Program-made: the position numbers and the translations under genes
Origin: Candidatus Cloacimonadales bacterium
Lineage (GTDB): Bacteria > Cloacimonadota > Cloacimonadia > Cloacimonadales > JAFGVF01
Direction of reading: 5' to 3'
DNA: 64,000 nucleotides
Assembly: GCA_963678315.1 (NCBI GenBank)
Contig: OY782781.1
Coordinates: 640,001 to 704,000, forward strand
In this document: piece after piece, positions 30,059-40,206 of the stretch
Position numbering within the stretch: position 1 is the first letter of the stretch
Layout of the letters: every line of letters starts with the position of its first letter
The notes under the pieces: generated by a model
Told to the model about the DNA's origin: nothing
Databases searched by the model: none
What the model saw: only the letters and a program-made list of their open reading frames with translations

Positions 30059-30790
30059 CTATAAATATTGTTTTATTAGTTCTTCTACTTTACCAACGTC
30101 ACAAGTAGTATTGAAACAAGGACCATTAGGTCTATTATTCAAAACACCTAGCGTTGGTATCATCTCTATATCTTTTATGCCTTCTATAAGGTCTCTGTAA
30201 CAAGCAACAGCGATAATAACTTTAGGTCTTGAATCCTTAATTATCTTACGAGCTAAAGTCCCACCAGTTGCCACTCTAATATTGACCTTATACTTCCTAT
30301 GCAGAGCCTTAAAGTCTTTAATTACACACTTACCACAATCTACACAATTATTTATATCATAGGTTATTTTGTGGCCACAATCAGCATTCTGCAGACAGTG
30401 GGGAAGTAGAACAAGTATATCCTCAGGATTATATTTCTTAAGAGATTTTTTTGCTATAATGTTGTTCCATTCAATTAGTTTACCTGTAAACTTCTCATAT
30501 CCTTGTGAACTTGACCTATAGAATAAGTGAATTAGTGGATAAATTTGCTTGTTTAAAAAGAAGTGTGAAATCTCTGAAAAGAGTCTTTTCTTTTTAGAAA
30601 TGACATTAAATACCACTGTTGTTACAGCAAATAAGTTGAGAAATACAAGCAATGGGATTAGTATTAAGTATACTAATTTTGTTAGTATTAAAGAATAGCT
30701 TTCTGCAACAAAAGGAGCTATTATTAACATAAGTATGATAATAGTAAAGCTAATAAAATAGACTAGCCATGAATAGATATTCTTAGCCAA
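30059..30790 (-). CDS. DUF116 family membrane-anchored Cys-rich protein
   Basis: LLPHCLQ, C..CGKC, ATGGTLAR, AVAC.RDL, PNGPC.NT. Confidence 0.85.
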   Translation of the reverse strand: MAKNIYSWLVYFISFTIIILMLIIAPFVAESYSLILTKLVYLILIPLLVFLNLFAVTTVVFNVISKKKRLFSEISHFFLNKQIYPLIHLFYRSSSQGYEKFTGKLIEWNNIIAKKSLKKYNPEDILVLLPHCLQNADCGHKITYDINNCVDCGKCVIKDFKALHRKYKVNIRVATGGTLARKIIKDSRPKVIIAVACYRDLIEGIKDIEMIPTLGVLNNRPNGPCFNTTCDVGKVEELIKQYL

Positions 30791-31751
30791 GGATCTCCCC
30801 TATTCCAAGCTTATTACCTAAATTATAGGCATGTGCAGACATTACTTTTTTACCTTCAGCTTGAACTTCAGTAACAAGTAATTCTCCACCATTGCAGGAG
30901 ACTACAAAACCAACATTCTTGATAACATCAATAATTTTACCTAAGTCTTGGTGTTGTTTATTACTATGCACGCTAGCTCTTAATATCTTTAACCATTTGC
31001 CATTACGAACAGTCTTAGCTCCTGGAATATAGGATAAGCCTCTAATTTTCCCTAAGTTATCCACAATATCATCCTTCCAGTTAATAAGCAAATCTTCTTT
31101 TTCTATTTTTCGTGTAAAAGTAGCTTGTTCATGATCTTGCGGTATTGCTTCAAGCCCTTCTTGCTCAATACTTTCAAGTAATTCTATCAAGAGGTCAGCC
31201 CCTCGATGAGACATCATTTCCGAGTATTCAGTGAAGATAGTCTCCTTCTTAATAGGGAACTTCTTTTGCAGTAAGATTGGACCAGCATCCATGGCTGCAA
31301 CTATTTTAAATATTGAAATACCTGATTGATCTAAGTTATCAAACATAGTAGATTGTAGAGGAGAAGCTCCTCGATATTTAGGAAGCAGAGAAGGATGTAA
31401 GTTAATACAGCCTAAAGGAGCCATTTTTCGAAGCTTTTTGCCCAAATAACCGCCATACGCCACCGTTATAATGATATCTGGACTAAGGAGTCTAATTTCT
31501 TCTAAAACGTCCTCAGAATTGATATTTGGAGGCTGTAAAACTGGCACTCCATTTTCTAGTGCGCTAATTTTAACAGGAGTTGCTTGTAATTGCTTTTTTC
31601 TGCCTTTAGGTTTGTCAGGTTGGGTAACCACTAATACGGGTTTGTATTTTGAGGTACACAATCTTTCAAAGCTTGGAACTGCAAAATCAGGTGTACCTAA
31701 AAACACAACATTTTTAATATTTGCTTTTTTGAATATTTTCGCCATTGTCAT
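30783..31751 (-). CDS. fmt: Methionyl-tRNA formyltransferase
   Basis: FLGTPDFA, VVTQPDKP, INLHPSLLPKYRGASP, MDAG. Confidence 0.96.
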   Translation of the reverse strand: MTMAKIFKKANIKNVVFLGTPDFAVPSFERLCTSKYKPVLVVTQPDKPKGRKKQLQATPVKISALENGVPVLQPPNINSEDVLEEIRLLSPDIIITVAYGGYLGKKLRKMAPLGCINLHPSLLPKYRGASPLQSTMFDNLDQSGISIFKIVAAMDAGPILLQKKFPIKKETIFTEYSEMMSHRGADLLIELLESIEQEGLEAIPQDHEQATFTRKIEKEDLLINWKDDIVDNLGKIRGLSYIPGAKTVRNGKWLKILRASVHSNKQHQDLGKIIDVIKNVGFVVSCNGGELLVTEVQAEGKKVMSAHAYNLGNKLGIGEILG

Positions 31752-32286
31752 TTGTTTTATTTTTTATGCTATTAATCTTCGGTTTATGAAGTAATAGTTT
31801 TAGTTTTGTAAGATGGTCAATAAAGAGCACACCTTTTAAATGGTCAAACTCATGCTGGAAAACTACAGCTGGAAAATCTGTTAATTCTTCTTCTATAGGA
31901 TTTCCATATCTATCTTGAGCTTTAATCTTAATGTGGTTCGGACGCTTTACCTTCTCAAACACATCAGGAACGCTTAGGCATCCTTCTTCGTGAGTAATAG
32001 AACCTTCTGAAAAAGTAATCTCAGGATTAACATAAATCAAGGGATTCTTTTTAGCACTATCTTCCCCACCCCATTCATAATCAATAGCAAATACTTGCTT
32101 AGAAACACCAACTTGAGGGGCAGCTAAACCAACCCCATCAGTAATGTACATAGTATGGATCAGATCATCGCAGAATGCTAGAAACTCATCATCAAAAGTT
32201 TCAATTTTTTCTGCTTGTAATCTTAGAACTTTATCCCCTACAAGGCGAATATCTAGTAGCTTTGGATTATTTTTTTGCTTCTTCAT
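31714..32286 (-). CDS. def: Peptide deformylase
   Basis: GVGLAAPQVG, EGCLSVP, QHEFDHL. Confidence 0.96.
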   Translation of the reverse strand: MKKQKNNPKLLDIRLVGDKVLRLQAEKIETFDDEFLAFCDDLIHTMYITDGVGLAAPQVGVSKQVFAIDYEWGGEDSAKKNPLIYVNPEITFSEGSITHEEGCLSVPDVFEKVKRPNHIKIKAQDRYGNPIEEELTDFPAVVFQHEFDHLKGVLFIDHLTKLKLLLHKPKINSIKNKTNDNGENIQKSKY

Positions 32287-32623
32287 TTACTTTACCTACT
32301 ACAGCGCTTTTAATAACTTCTATAGTAGTCTTAGTGTTTTTATCTATTTCAATTACAAAAGTACTATTCTTTTCGTCAACCTTTGTAACAACACCCAAAA
32401 TACCACTATTAAGTTGTACATGGTCACCTTTTTTAAGTGAATCAATTAAGTTTTGTTGTTCTTTTTGTTGCTTCTTCTGAGGTCTTAAAATCAAGAAATA
32501 GAAAATAAGAATCATTGGAACAAACATTAGTAATGTGCTCATTATTCCACCACCAGCACCACCTTGGCCTGCTCCTGCTGAAGAATCAGCAGCTTCCAAT
32601 ACATTAGAAAGTATATAAGTCAT
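32267..32623 (-). CDS. yajC: Preprotein translocase subunit YajC
   Basis: IFYFLILRPQKKQQK..LKKGD.V...GI.G. Confidence 0.92.
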   Translation of the reverse strand: MTYILSNVLEAADSSAGAGQGGAGGGIMSTLLMFVPMILIFYFLILRPQKKQQKEQQNLIDSLKKGDHVQLNSGILGVVTKVDEKNSTFVIEIDKNTKTTIEVIKSAVVGKVNEEAKK

Positions 32624-32728
32624 TTTTTTCTCCTATCATTGTTATATTTTCTTTATTACTAGATTGTTAAATTAGTCAATAAAAAATTTTATTTACCAGC
32701 TGAGACATATCTATGACCCTAATGCCAG

Positions 32729-32947
32729 CCTTACTTGCCTCTTTGAAAAAAAGGCGATTTTTCAATGAGACCCTTAAGGCAGAAGGGAGGACACTGGGAA
32801 CGCTGTGCCTTTAGTCCGGCTACTGCCGGATAGCTGGCTTCACTTAGAACGCAGTTATAAGTGAATTTGTAGAGACGTTTGGAAAAACGTCTCAGAAAAG
32901 GGAGTGTAAGCATCCACCGATAGGTTGAACAAAGTTCATGCTTACGC
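32729..32947. repeat. Intergenic hairpin mosaic (cluster F)
   Basis: 51-bp palindrome 32729-32779; ctgggaacgc..tccggctactgccgga..; ttcactta..taagtgaa; GTAG-REP 32869-32893; ggagtgtaagcat..atgcttacgc. Confidence 0.85.
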
Positions 32948-32973
32948 AAAAATAAGCAATATTCCGGATAAAC

Positions 32974-33003
32974 AAAAAGAGACGTTTTCCCAAACGTCTC
33001 TTT
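32974..33003 (-). terminator. Terminator of the gld-like operon, with a REP-like stem
   Basis: aaagagacgttt-tccc-aaacgtctcttt with an A tract on the + strand. Confidence 0.7.
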
Positions 33004-33024
33004 ATATTAATAATATATAAGCTT

Positions 33025-33945
33025 CTATTTAGTTAAATCTTCTTGGGAAGGTAGCAAACTATCATAGAAGGTACTATTTACTTTATAGAGAGGAGATTGC
33101 TGGTCATTTAACTGCATTAAATAGGTAGAATCATCCAAGCTTATAAGTTTAATAAGAGTGTCATTGTGGTCAGTTGTTCTAACAACAACACTTAGGTCTG
33201 GGTTGTTTAATCTAGTAGCATAGCTAGCGAATTCATTATCGTAGAAGTCATTAACTCTTAAGTTAGTAAATTTATTAACAATATTAGCAAGAGCATTATT
33301 GTTAGTTTTAACATTATAGCTTAGACCATTGTCATTATTTACCCATAAGGAGTCATTATTAACTAGCATCATTTTTCTATCTTTAGATGCAATATCGAAT
33401 CCGACTATTGATTCTTTAGCTAGCTTCAAGATATTGTTTTCTCTCCAGCTTTTAAGATCTGGTTTAATAGACCACATAATATTCTGATCTAATTGATAGA
33501 CATTGTCGGAATCAACTTCTCTTGCATAAGAAAGCTGGCTATTACTGCCTTTACCAATATATGCACTCTTTGCTACATTTCCATCATTAAGAGTTACTGT
33601 AACAAGGGTAGATAGGGAATCTGAAACATTATATTTGTCATGAGAAGAAGCAGATTCAGCTATTGGTAAAGTTGAAGTTTTAACTGTAAGAAGTTTTTTC
33701 AAGAGGTTATCAATCTTGGAAATCTTGATATCGGCTTCAACAGGAGAAGTTAGCTTCCATTCATCATTAAGCTTAGATAAAACAAGCTTATCTTCCCCAC
33801 TTTCAAGAGAGATTGAAGCTACTTTAAGAGAATCAACATCAAAGAATTTTACTACCTCTGCTTGAGTTTTTCCCATTTTAGAGAAGACATAAATACTAGC
33901 AACAATGACCAATATTATTATAGCTTTATAATTAATTTTGTACAT
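33025..33945 (-). CDS. DUF4340 domain membrane-anchored protein
   Basis: N-terminal TM segment; W.L..P...A; last gene of a GldA/F/G-like operon. Confidence 0.75.
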   Translation of the reverse strand: MYKINYKAIIILVIVASIYVFSKMGKTQAEVVKFFDVDSLKVASISLESGEDKLVLSKLNDEWKLTSPVEADIKISKIDNLLKKLLTVKTSTLPIAESASSHDKYNVSDSLSTLVTVTLNDGNVAKSAYIGKGSNSQLSYAREVDSDNVYQLDQNIMWSIKPDLKSWRENNILKLAKESIVGFDIASKDRKMMLVNNDSLWVNNDNGLSYNVKTNNNALANIVNKFTNLRVNDFYDNEFASYATRLNNPDLSVVVRTTDHNDTLIKLISLDDSTYLMQLNDQQSPLYKVNSTFYDSLLPSQEDLTK

Positions 33946-35536
33946 ATTTATCCTCTATCATTCTCTTTTTAATTCTATTTATACGGAATATAATTAATCC
34001 TAAGACAAGCAATAATGAAGAAGGAAGAAGTATGTTTAACCACTTGATTGTCTTCTTCTTAGCACTTGAAATATCCTCTTTTAAAGGTTTATAGGCTACT
34101 CCTCTAGAACGAAGTTTGATTAGTGATTCATTACCTGAAATATAATCTATACTATTAAGTATGAACTCAACCTTGTTACCTAAAGTTAGCTGTGCCATCT
34201 TGCGATTATTGTTTTGAATTCCGTTATCCATTAGGATTTCATTATCTGCTAAATAGATTATATTAGCTTGGGTAGACTCAACTAAGGCATCAGGATAATC
34301 TGCATTGTTAGCAAAGAAACTCTTGAATGAACCTTTATATAAACCAGCTACACAAGCTTTCTCACCAACCAAAAGGGTATCGACATCTTTGTTTAGATAC
34401 TTATAAAAGCTCATGTCGTAGTTAGGACCGCCAACTCTTTCAGTCTTTGCTGAAGTAAAGATTAGAGGAGTAAATTCAATATTTTCTGCTATATTAGTTG
34501 TATCAATCTCAGAAGGTGCGAACATTTGTAAGATTTCTAGATCGCTTACTATATCGTTATCAGGATTGAATTCTGTAAGATACATTTGGAATGGGTATTG
34601 AGCTTGATAGCGGTAAAGCCTACCTCTATTCATAAAGCTAAAGACTCTTGTATCACAGTTAGCATCACCAATAACATTGTTCTTTACATTTACTCCATAG
34701 TTACTTAGCAGGTCAAAGAGATTAGTTGATATATCCTGAGCAGTAAGTCTTTGCTGGTCAGCTACAACTTTATCCTGGAAGAAGATTACAGATCCACCAT
34801 TCATTATATACTGGTCAAGATTGTAGAGCTGGTCAGTAGATAACGAATCAGTAATTCCAGTAATAAAAATGCCTTTAATATGGTCTTTAACCGGTTCTGT
34901 AAAGTCTATTGCTTCAATTTCATTATTCTGTTGCAGGATAGCATTAAAAGTTTGGTAATTATCAAAGCTACGACCAAACATATCTCTTGATAGAGATTCA
35001 GGTTTAAATACGCCAATCTTTCTCTTTGCAGGAGCTTTGATGTCCATTATAGTAGAAGTGATTTCATACTCTAAACCTTGAGTAGAAACGATAAAAGGAA
35101 CTGTCTCTGTTCTTCCTTGATATAAGAAAGCTAGTCCTAGAAAGACCTCTCGGGTAACAATCTTTTCATTCTCATTAACTTGAATACCTCTTGGCTCAAC
35201 CATATTCTTCTTTGCTTCTGCTTTAGCATCTTCATCTGAATCAGGATTAATAAATTCAAACTTAAGTTTACCTTTGGAATATGCTTGATACTCGGTTAAA
35301 AGGTCTTCTGTATATCTTTTAACATCAGCAAGCTGAGGGGTCAAATCATCGGAGAAATAAGCTTTCACCACTACTCTGTCATCTAAATTAGCAACAGCTT
35401 GCATGGATGCATCAGAAAGGGAATACATCTTATCCTTGGAGAAGTCAAGTCTCTTGAAATTATCAACAGAAAGTAGATTTATAAATACAATAATGGCAAT
35501 GATTACCAATAGGTTAATAGTTATTATCTTTTTCAT
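33932..35536 (-). CDS. GldG-like ABC transporter auxiliary component
   Basis: RLDFSKDKMYSLS, LEYEIT, LDQYIMNGG; C-terminal TM segment. Confidence 0.85.
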   Translation of the reverse strand: MKKIITINLLVIIAIIVFINLLSVDNFKRLDFSKDKMYSLSDASMQAVANLDDRVVVKAYFSDDLTPQLADVKRYTEDLLTEYQAYSKGKLKFEFINPDSDEDAKAEAKKNMVEPRGIQVNENEKIVTREVFLGLAFLYQGRTETVPFIVSTQGLEYEITSTIMDIKAPAKRKIGVFKPESLSRDMFGRSFDNYQTFNAILQQNNEIEAIDFTEPVKDHIKGIFITGITDSLSTDQLYNLDQYIMNGGSVIFFQDKVVADQQRLTAQDISTNLFDLLSNYGVNVKNNVIGDANCDTRVFSFMNRGRLYRYQAQYPFQMYLTEFNPDNDIVSDLEILQMFAPSEIDTTNIAENIEFTPLIFTSAKTERVGGPNYDMSFYKYLNKDVDTLLVGEKACVAGLYKGSFKSFFANNADYPDALVESTQANIIYLADNEILMDNGIQNNNRKMAQLTLGNKVEFILNSIDYISGNESLIKLRSRGVAYKPLKEDISSAKKKTIKWLNILLPSSLLLVLGLIIFRINRIKKRMIEDKYVQN

Positions 35537-35551
35537 ATTATAGCTCCTCCC

Positions 35552-36262
35552 CTATCTTTTCTTCATTTCTAAAGCTGTTGATGAGAGTTTTAAGAATAAG
35601 AATATCATGGAAGCAAAATAGATAATATTTCTGCTATCGACTACTCCCTTTGAAATAGTAGAAAGATGATAATTCACACTCATATATTGGAAAATAACTC
35701 CTAATCCTGAAGGGATGAAGAAGAGAACAGCATCAATTATATAAAAGAAGAAACAGATAAAGAAACTGACAATAAATGCCACAATCTGATTCTTGGTTAA
35801 GCATGATGTGAATGTTCCTATAGCAGTGAAGACACCAGCAAGAAGGAACAAACCTAGATAACCAAGAGCCATAGCACCAATATCTACTTTAGTTCCTACA
35901 TGCAAGATTGTTATTGGATAGATCATTGTAAAGAGCATTCCAATTGCTATCAAGCCTATAGCGGAGATATATTTGCCTAAGACTATTTGGTATGATTTAA
36001 CCGGCATGGTTGTGAGCAGTTCAATAGTTCCGGTATTGTTTTCTTTGGAGACAAGCCCCATTGTTGTAGCAGGGATGAAGATTAAGAATATCATCGGAGC
36101 AATTCCAAAGAATCCTCTTAGGTCTGATTGATTACTTAAGAATAGAGGATTAGCAAAGAACCATCCAGAAATAACCAAGAAACCAATCAAAACCATGTAA
36201 GCTGAAAGAGATTTAAAGTAACCTGCAAACTCTTTCTTGGCAATAGTTAGAATGTAATTCAT
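35552..36262 (-). CDS. GldF-like ABC-2 permease
   Basis: IAKKEF..YF, GTIELL.T.P, IVLGKY, NQIVAF. Confidence 0.88.
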   Translation of the reverse strand: MNYILTIAKKEFAGYFKSLSAYMVLIGFLVISGWFFANPLFLSNQSDLRGFFGIAPMIFLIFIPATTMGLVSKENNTGTIELLTTMPVKSYQIVLGKYISAIGLIAIGMLFTMIYPITILHVGTKVDIGAMALGYLGLFLLAGVFTAIGTFTSCLTKNQIVAFIVSFFICFFFYIIDAVLFFIPSGLGVIFQYMSVNYHLSTISKGVVDSRNIIYFASMIFLFLKLSSTALEMKKR

Positions 36263-37201
36263 CTACTTACCTCCCTGAAGTGTTAGTGAACGGAAGACCT
36301 CTTCTAAAGAGATATAATCACGGTGGAATTCTAGTAAGTTCCAATCTTGAGACTTAATATAAGAGTAAAGTTCTGCTCTAATATCTTTCTTAGGATTATA
36401 TTCAAAAATTGCTTCATTATATTCTTCATTTAGAGGGCTTACAGACCTAAGTTTAGCATCAGGAATGCTTGTCGAGATAGCAGATAGTTCTTCTTCACTA
36501 GCATTAACATGCACAACTATCTTTGAGTTCTTTGCATAGTTCTCTTGAAGCTCTTCTTGACTACCATCAGCCACAATCTTACCCTTATTTATAATAACAA
36601 TTCTATTGCAGATTGCTTGTACTTCTTGCAAAATATGACTAGATAGGATAACAGTCTTCTCTTTACCTAACTCTTTGATAAGCTCTCTAATCTCTACAAT
36701 TTGGTTAGGGTCAAGTCCTGAAGTAGGTTCATCAAGAATAAGTATCTTAGGGTCATGAATAATAGCTTGTGCTAAACCAACCCTTTGCTTGTATCCTTTA
36801 GATAAGGTGTGGATTGGCTTTGCGACTACATCAGTTAAACCACACTTCTTAATAGTTTTCTTAAATACCTTGCTGAAGTCATCTTTCTTAATGCCTCTCA
36901 TACTAGCAACGTACTTCAAGTAATCATAAACTGTCATTTCTAAGTAGAGAGGATTAGTCTCAGGTAAATAACCTATTAATGCCCTAATCTTTTCTGAATC
37001 TTCTCTTACATTGAAATCCTCAACTTTAATATTTCCTGCAGAAGGATTCAAATAACAAGTCAACATTTTTAAGGTAGTTGATTTTCCAGCCCCGTTAGGA
37101 CCTAAGAAACCAAGTATTTCGCCTTCGTTAATCTCAAAGTTAATTGAATCTACAGCACGAACATCGCCATAATCTTTCACTAGATTTTCCAGCCGAATCA
37201 T
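36263..37201 (-). CDS. GldA-like ABC transporter ATP-binding protein
   Basis: GPNGAGKST, LSKGYKQRVGLAQA, LDEPTSGLDPNQ. Confidence 0.92.
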   Translation of the reverse strand: MIRLENLVKDYGDVRAVDSINFEINEGEILGFLGPNGAGKSTTLKMLTCYLNPSAGNIKVEDFNVREDSEKIRALIGYLPETNPLYLEMTVYDYLKYVASMRGIKKDDFSKVFKKTIKKCGLTDVVAKPIHTLSKGYKQRVGLAQAIIHDPKILILDEPTSGLDPNQIVEIRELIKELGKEKTVILSSHILQEVQAICNRIVIINKGKIVADGSQEELQENYAKNSKIVVHVNASEEELSAISTSIPDAKLRSVSPLNEEYNEAIFEYNPKKDIRAELYSYIKSQDWNLLEFHRDYISLEEVFRSLTLQGGK

Positions 37202-37367
37202 TGATTCTACTCCTTATAAGTTTTATTTTATTATGTATATATTTTTAACGCTTTTAGCCCTTAATAGTTACAGATGCTTTTAAATTTTATAGCTGTGTCA
37301 AGGAAAATTATTGACAAGAGCTAGCAGCTAACGTATATGTTAGATAATAATCAAGATAAGGATAATA

Positions 37368-37946
37368 ATGAAAAAGAAATATAATATGATAGATGAGAAT
37401 CTCTTTGATAACAAGACTTTAGAAGTTCTTTATCAGCTCAGCAAACTTAAGAACCTTTACCGTCAAGGGTGGCTTAAAAGAAATGTTTCTGAAGAGATTG
37501 GAGAATCAGTTGCCGACCACTCTTTCTCTACTGCTATGACTGCTTGGATTCTTGCAAAACACCTTAATCTACAAGTAGATATTGAAAAGGTTCTCAAGAT
37601 GAGTTTAGTTCATGAGATTGGAGAAATATACGCCGGAGATATAACCCCTGTTGATGGAATTTCTCTTGAGGACAAATACCAAAGAGAACTGGCTAGTGTT
37701 GAGAAAGTCTTCGCTGACTACCCTCAAGGGCAAGAGTTTATAGACTTATGGAAGGAGTTTGAAGATGCTAAATCGCCTGAAGCAAAGTTCCTTAAACAGA
37801 TAGATAAGTTTGAGATGGGATTGCAAGCATCTATCTATAAGAAGCACGATATTGGGATAATGGATGAGTTTCTTGCTTCTGGACAAAAAGCTCAAAGTGA
37901 CCAAGAATTAAAGAAGCTGTATCAAGAAATGATTGATAATATTTAG
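37368..37946 (+). CDS. HD-domain hydrolase (YfbR/HDDC2-like 5'-nucleotidase)
   Basis: RQGW, ESVADHS, HEIGE...GDITP, DKFEM. Confidence 0.85.
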   Translation: MKKKYNMIDENLFDNKTLEVLYQLSKLKNLYRQGWLKRNVSEEIGESVADHSFSTAMTAWILAKHLNLQVDIEKVLKMSLVHEIGEIYAGDITPVDGISLEDKYQRELASVEKVFADYPQGQEFIDLWKEFEDAKSPEAKFLKQIDKFEMGLQASIYKKHDIGIMDEFLASGQKAQSDQELKKLYQEMIDNI

Positions 37947-37954
37947 GAGTAATT

Positions 37955-38431
37955 ATGAAAACACTAATCATCTATGGAACTAGGAATGGAAGTGTTCGAA
38001 CTGTAGCAAATAAGCTTAAACAAGGACTTGAAGGTCAAATAGATATCATAGACTCAAAAGAAACTACAGTAAAGGATATTACAGGCTATAATAAGGTATT
38101 AATTGGTTCATCAATTTACTTTGGACAGATAAACAAGCATGTAAAAGAGTTTATCAATATGCATAAGCCTGAACTCTTGAACAAGAGATTGGGGGTCTTT
38201 ATTCTTGCAGGTGAAAAGGATAAATCTAAAATGGAACGTCAGCTCAGAAACTCAATCACAAATGACATCTATGAAAAAGCAGACCTTATAAGCGTCATTG
38301 GTTCTGAGATTAAGTTAGAGAAGTATTCATGGTTAGTTAAGCTTATTCTTAAGTATGGTCAAGGTATTAAAGAGAACTATCAGGACTTAAAGGAAGATAA
38401 AATAAAGGAATTTGTGAAACTATTCAAATAA
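37955..38431 (+). CDS. Flavodoxin-domain protein (HemG-like)
   Basis: IIYGTRNGS, IGSSIYFG. Confidence 0.78.
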   Translation: MKTLIIYGTRNGSVRTVANKLKQGLEGQIDIIDSKETTVKDITGYNKVLIGSSIYFGQINKHVKEFINMHKPELLNKRLGVFILAGEKDKSKMERQLRNSITNDIYEKADLISVIGSEIKLEKYSWLVKLILKYGQGIKENYQDLKEDKIKEFVKLFK

Positions 38432-38496
38432 AATATAAATATAAAAGATGTCATAGGGGTGCAATTCTATAAATATTTACTAACAGCCTACTCAAT

Positions 38497-38547
38497 CCCT
38501 AATGGCCTCCTGCATTAAATTGTCATTTTATGCAAGTGACGCAAGGG
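38497..38547. repeat. Stand-alone divergent copy of the 51-bp palindrome
   Basis: ccctaatggcctcctgcattaaa..ttttatgcaagtgacgcaaggg; closest to the reverse complement of 11950-12000. Confidence 0.6.
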
Positions 38548-38679
38548 CACGAAGGTAGATTCGGAGAAGGTTTGGTTGCTACGGAATAGTTAGTAAAGAG
38601 GAGTATAGAGGAAATATGATTTATATTCCAATAAAAAGCCCACTAACTAAGTAATGGGCTTAGATACATAAATAAAGAA

Positions 38680-38973
38680 TTATTTAATTTTTTTGCCTTT
38701 TTCTTCGAGTTTTTTATATCTATCTTTTTGTTTGTCAGTCCATTTTTCTTGATCTTCAATATCTTTGTGTTCTTCAATGAACTCGCCTAAATGTTTCATA
38801 AATTCAGTTTGTTTAACTTCATCTTTTGATTCAGAAGCTTTGATACCTTCGTCAATTAGGTTTTCATATTTGTCCAACATCTTGTCAACAGGGTCCTTGC
38901 TACAACCAAGTGTACTAAAAGCAAAAGTAGCTAATATTAACACAACCAATGATAATTGTAATATCTTTTTCAT
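38680..38973 (-). CDS. Small hypothetical lipoprotein
   Basis: Signal peptide with LGC lipobox; GGAGG RBS. Confidence 0.75.
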   Translation of the reverse strand: MKKILQLSLVVLILATFAFSTLGCSKDPVDKMLDKYENLIDEGIKASESKDEVKQTEFMKHLGEFIEEHKDIEDQEKWTDKQKDRYKKLEEKGKKIK

Positions 38974-39056
38974 ATTACCTCCAATAATTTATGTCAAAGA
39001 TAGCACTAAATTTTTGTCTGTCAATAGTTTTATTAATATTTCTTAACAATTCAGCA

Positions 39057-40175
39057 TTATTTAGCAAGTTCAATAATTTTCAGCACATGTTTTTCCCAAG
39101 AAAACTTGCTTACTTGCTCTAAGCCTTTATCAATCATTATCTTTTGAAGCTCCTTATCATTAAGAACTTTTTGGATACTTTCTGCGATTTCTTCAACTGA
39201 GTTTGGATTGAATGTTAAGATTGCATCTCCGCCAACTTCAGGTAAGGAGGACACGTTGGAGCATATAACAGGAGTTGAGCAGTGCATAGCTTCAAGCAGA
39301 GGTATACCGAAGCCCTCATAGAAAGAAGGGAAAGCATAAAGACTTGCGTTCTTATAAAGTGCCCCCAAATGATTGTCTGGAACAAATCCCAAGAATATTA
39401 TATTCTCTTTATCTGGTGAATTCTTAGCATAATTCATCACTTCTTCAGCTCCATTCCATTCACTTCCACCAAAGACAAGTTGGTACTTTTCTTTCAGAGA
39501 AGGGGCTAATGTTTCGTAGGCTTTTATAAGGTTAAGGTGGTTCTTGCCAGGGTGTTCAATCCTTGATATATATAGTATAAAATCACCTTTGAGGTTATAT
39601 TCATTGATAAGTTGTTCTTTAGAAACAAGGGCTTTAAGCTTAGCTGGAGAATAGCCATTATAGTTAACTTCAATTCTATCTTCAGGAAGCTTATAGTACC
39701 TTTGCATATCTAGTTTTGTGCTATTAGATATAGCCATAATTAACTGAGCTTTTTTAAGGAAGAAAGGAATCACTTTTTTAATATAGAACATTCTAAATGA
39801 ATCATATTTGCCATCAATATGGAATTGAGATAAATCATGGAAGGTCACTATTGTTTTCTTAGGGTAAAAAGCAAAAAGTCTTCTATTTCCTGCTGGTAGA
39901 AAGACGAAGTCATACCTATGGAAAGGTAAGGTTAGGGGTAGTACAAATAAGTGGTAAGCCATACTTATGATAGCATTAGAGAACTTATCTGATACTTTAA
40001 GCAGATTAATATTCTCATTCTTTATAGGGAAGATATGGCTATCTTTCTCATAAATAAGCAAGTCTAGTTTGTGGTCTTTTGAGAGAAATTCAATTACGTT
40101 ATTTGTATAATCTGCGATACCCGATTTGCCCTTATCATAAGCTAGAACAGAAACTAAAATTTTATATTGTCTCAT
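39057..40175 (-). CDS. Glycosyltransferase family 4
   Basis: HDL, ISNST, FPSFYEGFGIPLLEAM. Confidence 0.92.
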   Translation of the reverse strand: MRQYKILVSVLAYDKGKSGIADYTNNVIEFLSKDHKLDLLIYEKDSHIFPIKNENINLLKVSDKFSNAIISMAYHLFVLPLTLPFHRYDFVFLPAGNRRLFAFYPKKTIVTFHDLSQFHIDGKYDSFRMFYIKKVIPFFLKKAQLIMAISNSTKLDMQRYYKLPEDRIEVNYNGYSPAKLKALVSKEQLINEYNLKGDFILYISRIEHPGKNHLNLIKAYETLAPSLKEKYQLVFGGSEWNGAEEVMNYAKNSPDKENIIFLGFVPDNHLGALYKNASLYAFPSFYEGFGIPLLEAMHCSTPVICSNVSSLPEVGGDAILTFNPNSVEEIAESIQKVLNDKELQKIMIDKGLEQVSKFSWEKHVLKIIELAK

Positions 40176-40206
40176 TATCCCTTCTTTAAATTATTTGAAA
40201 AATCTA

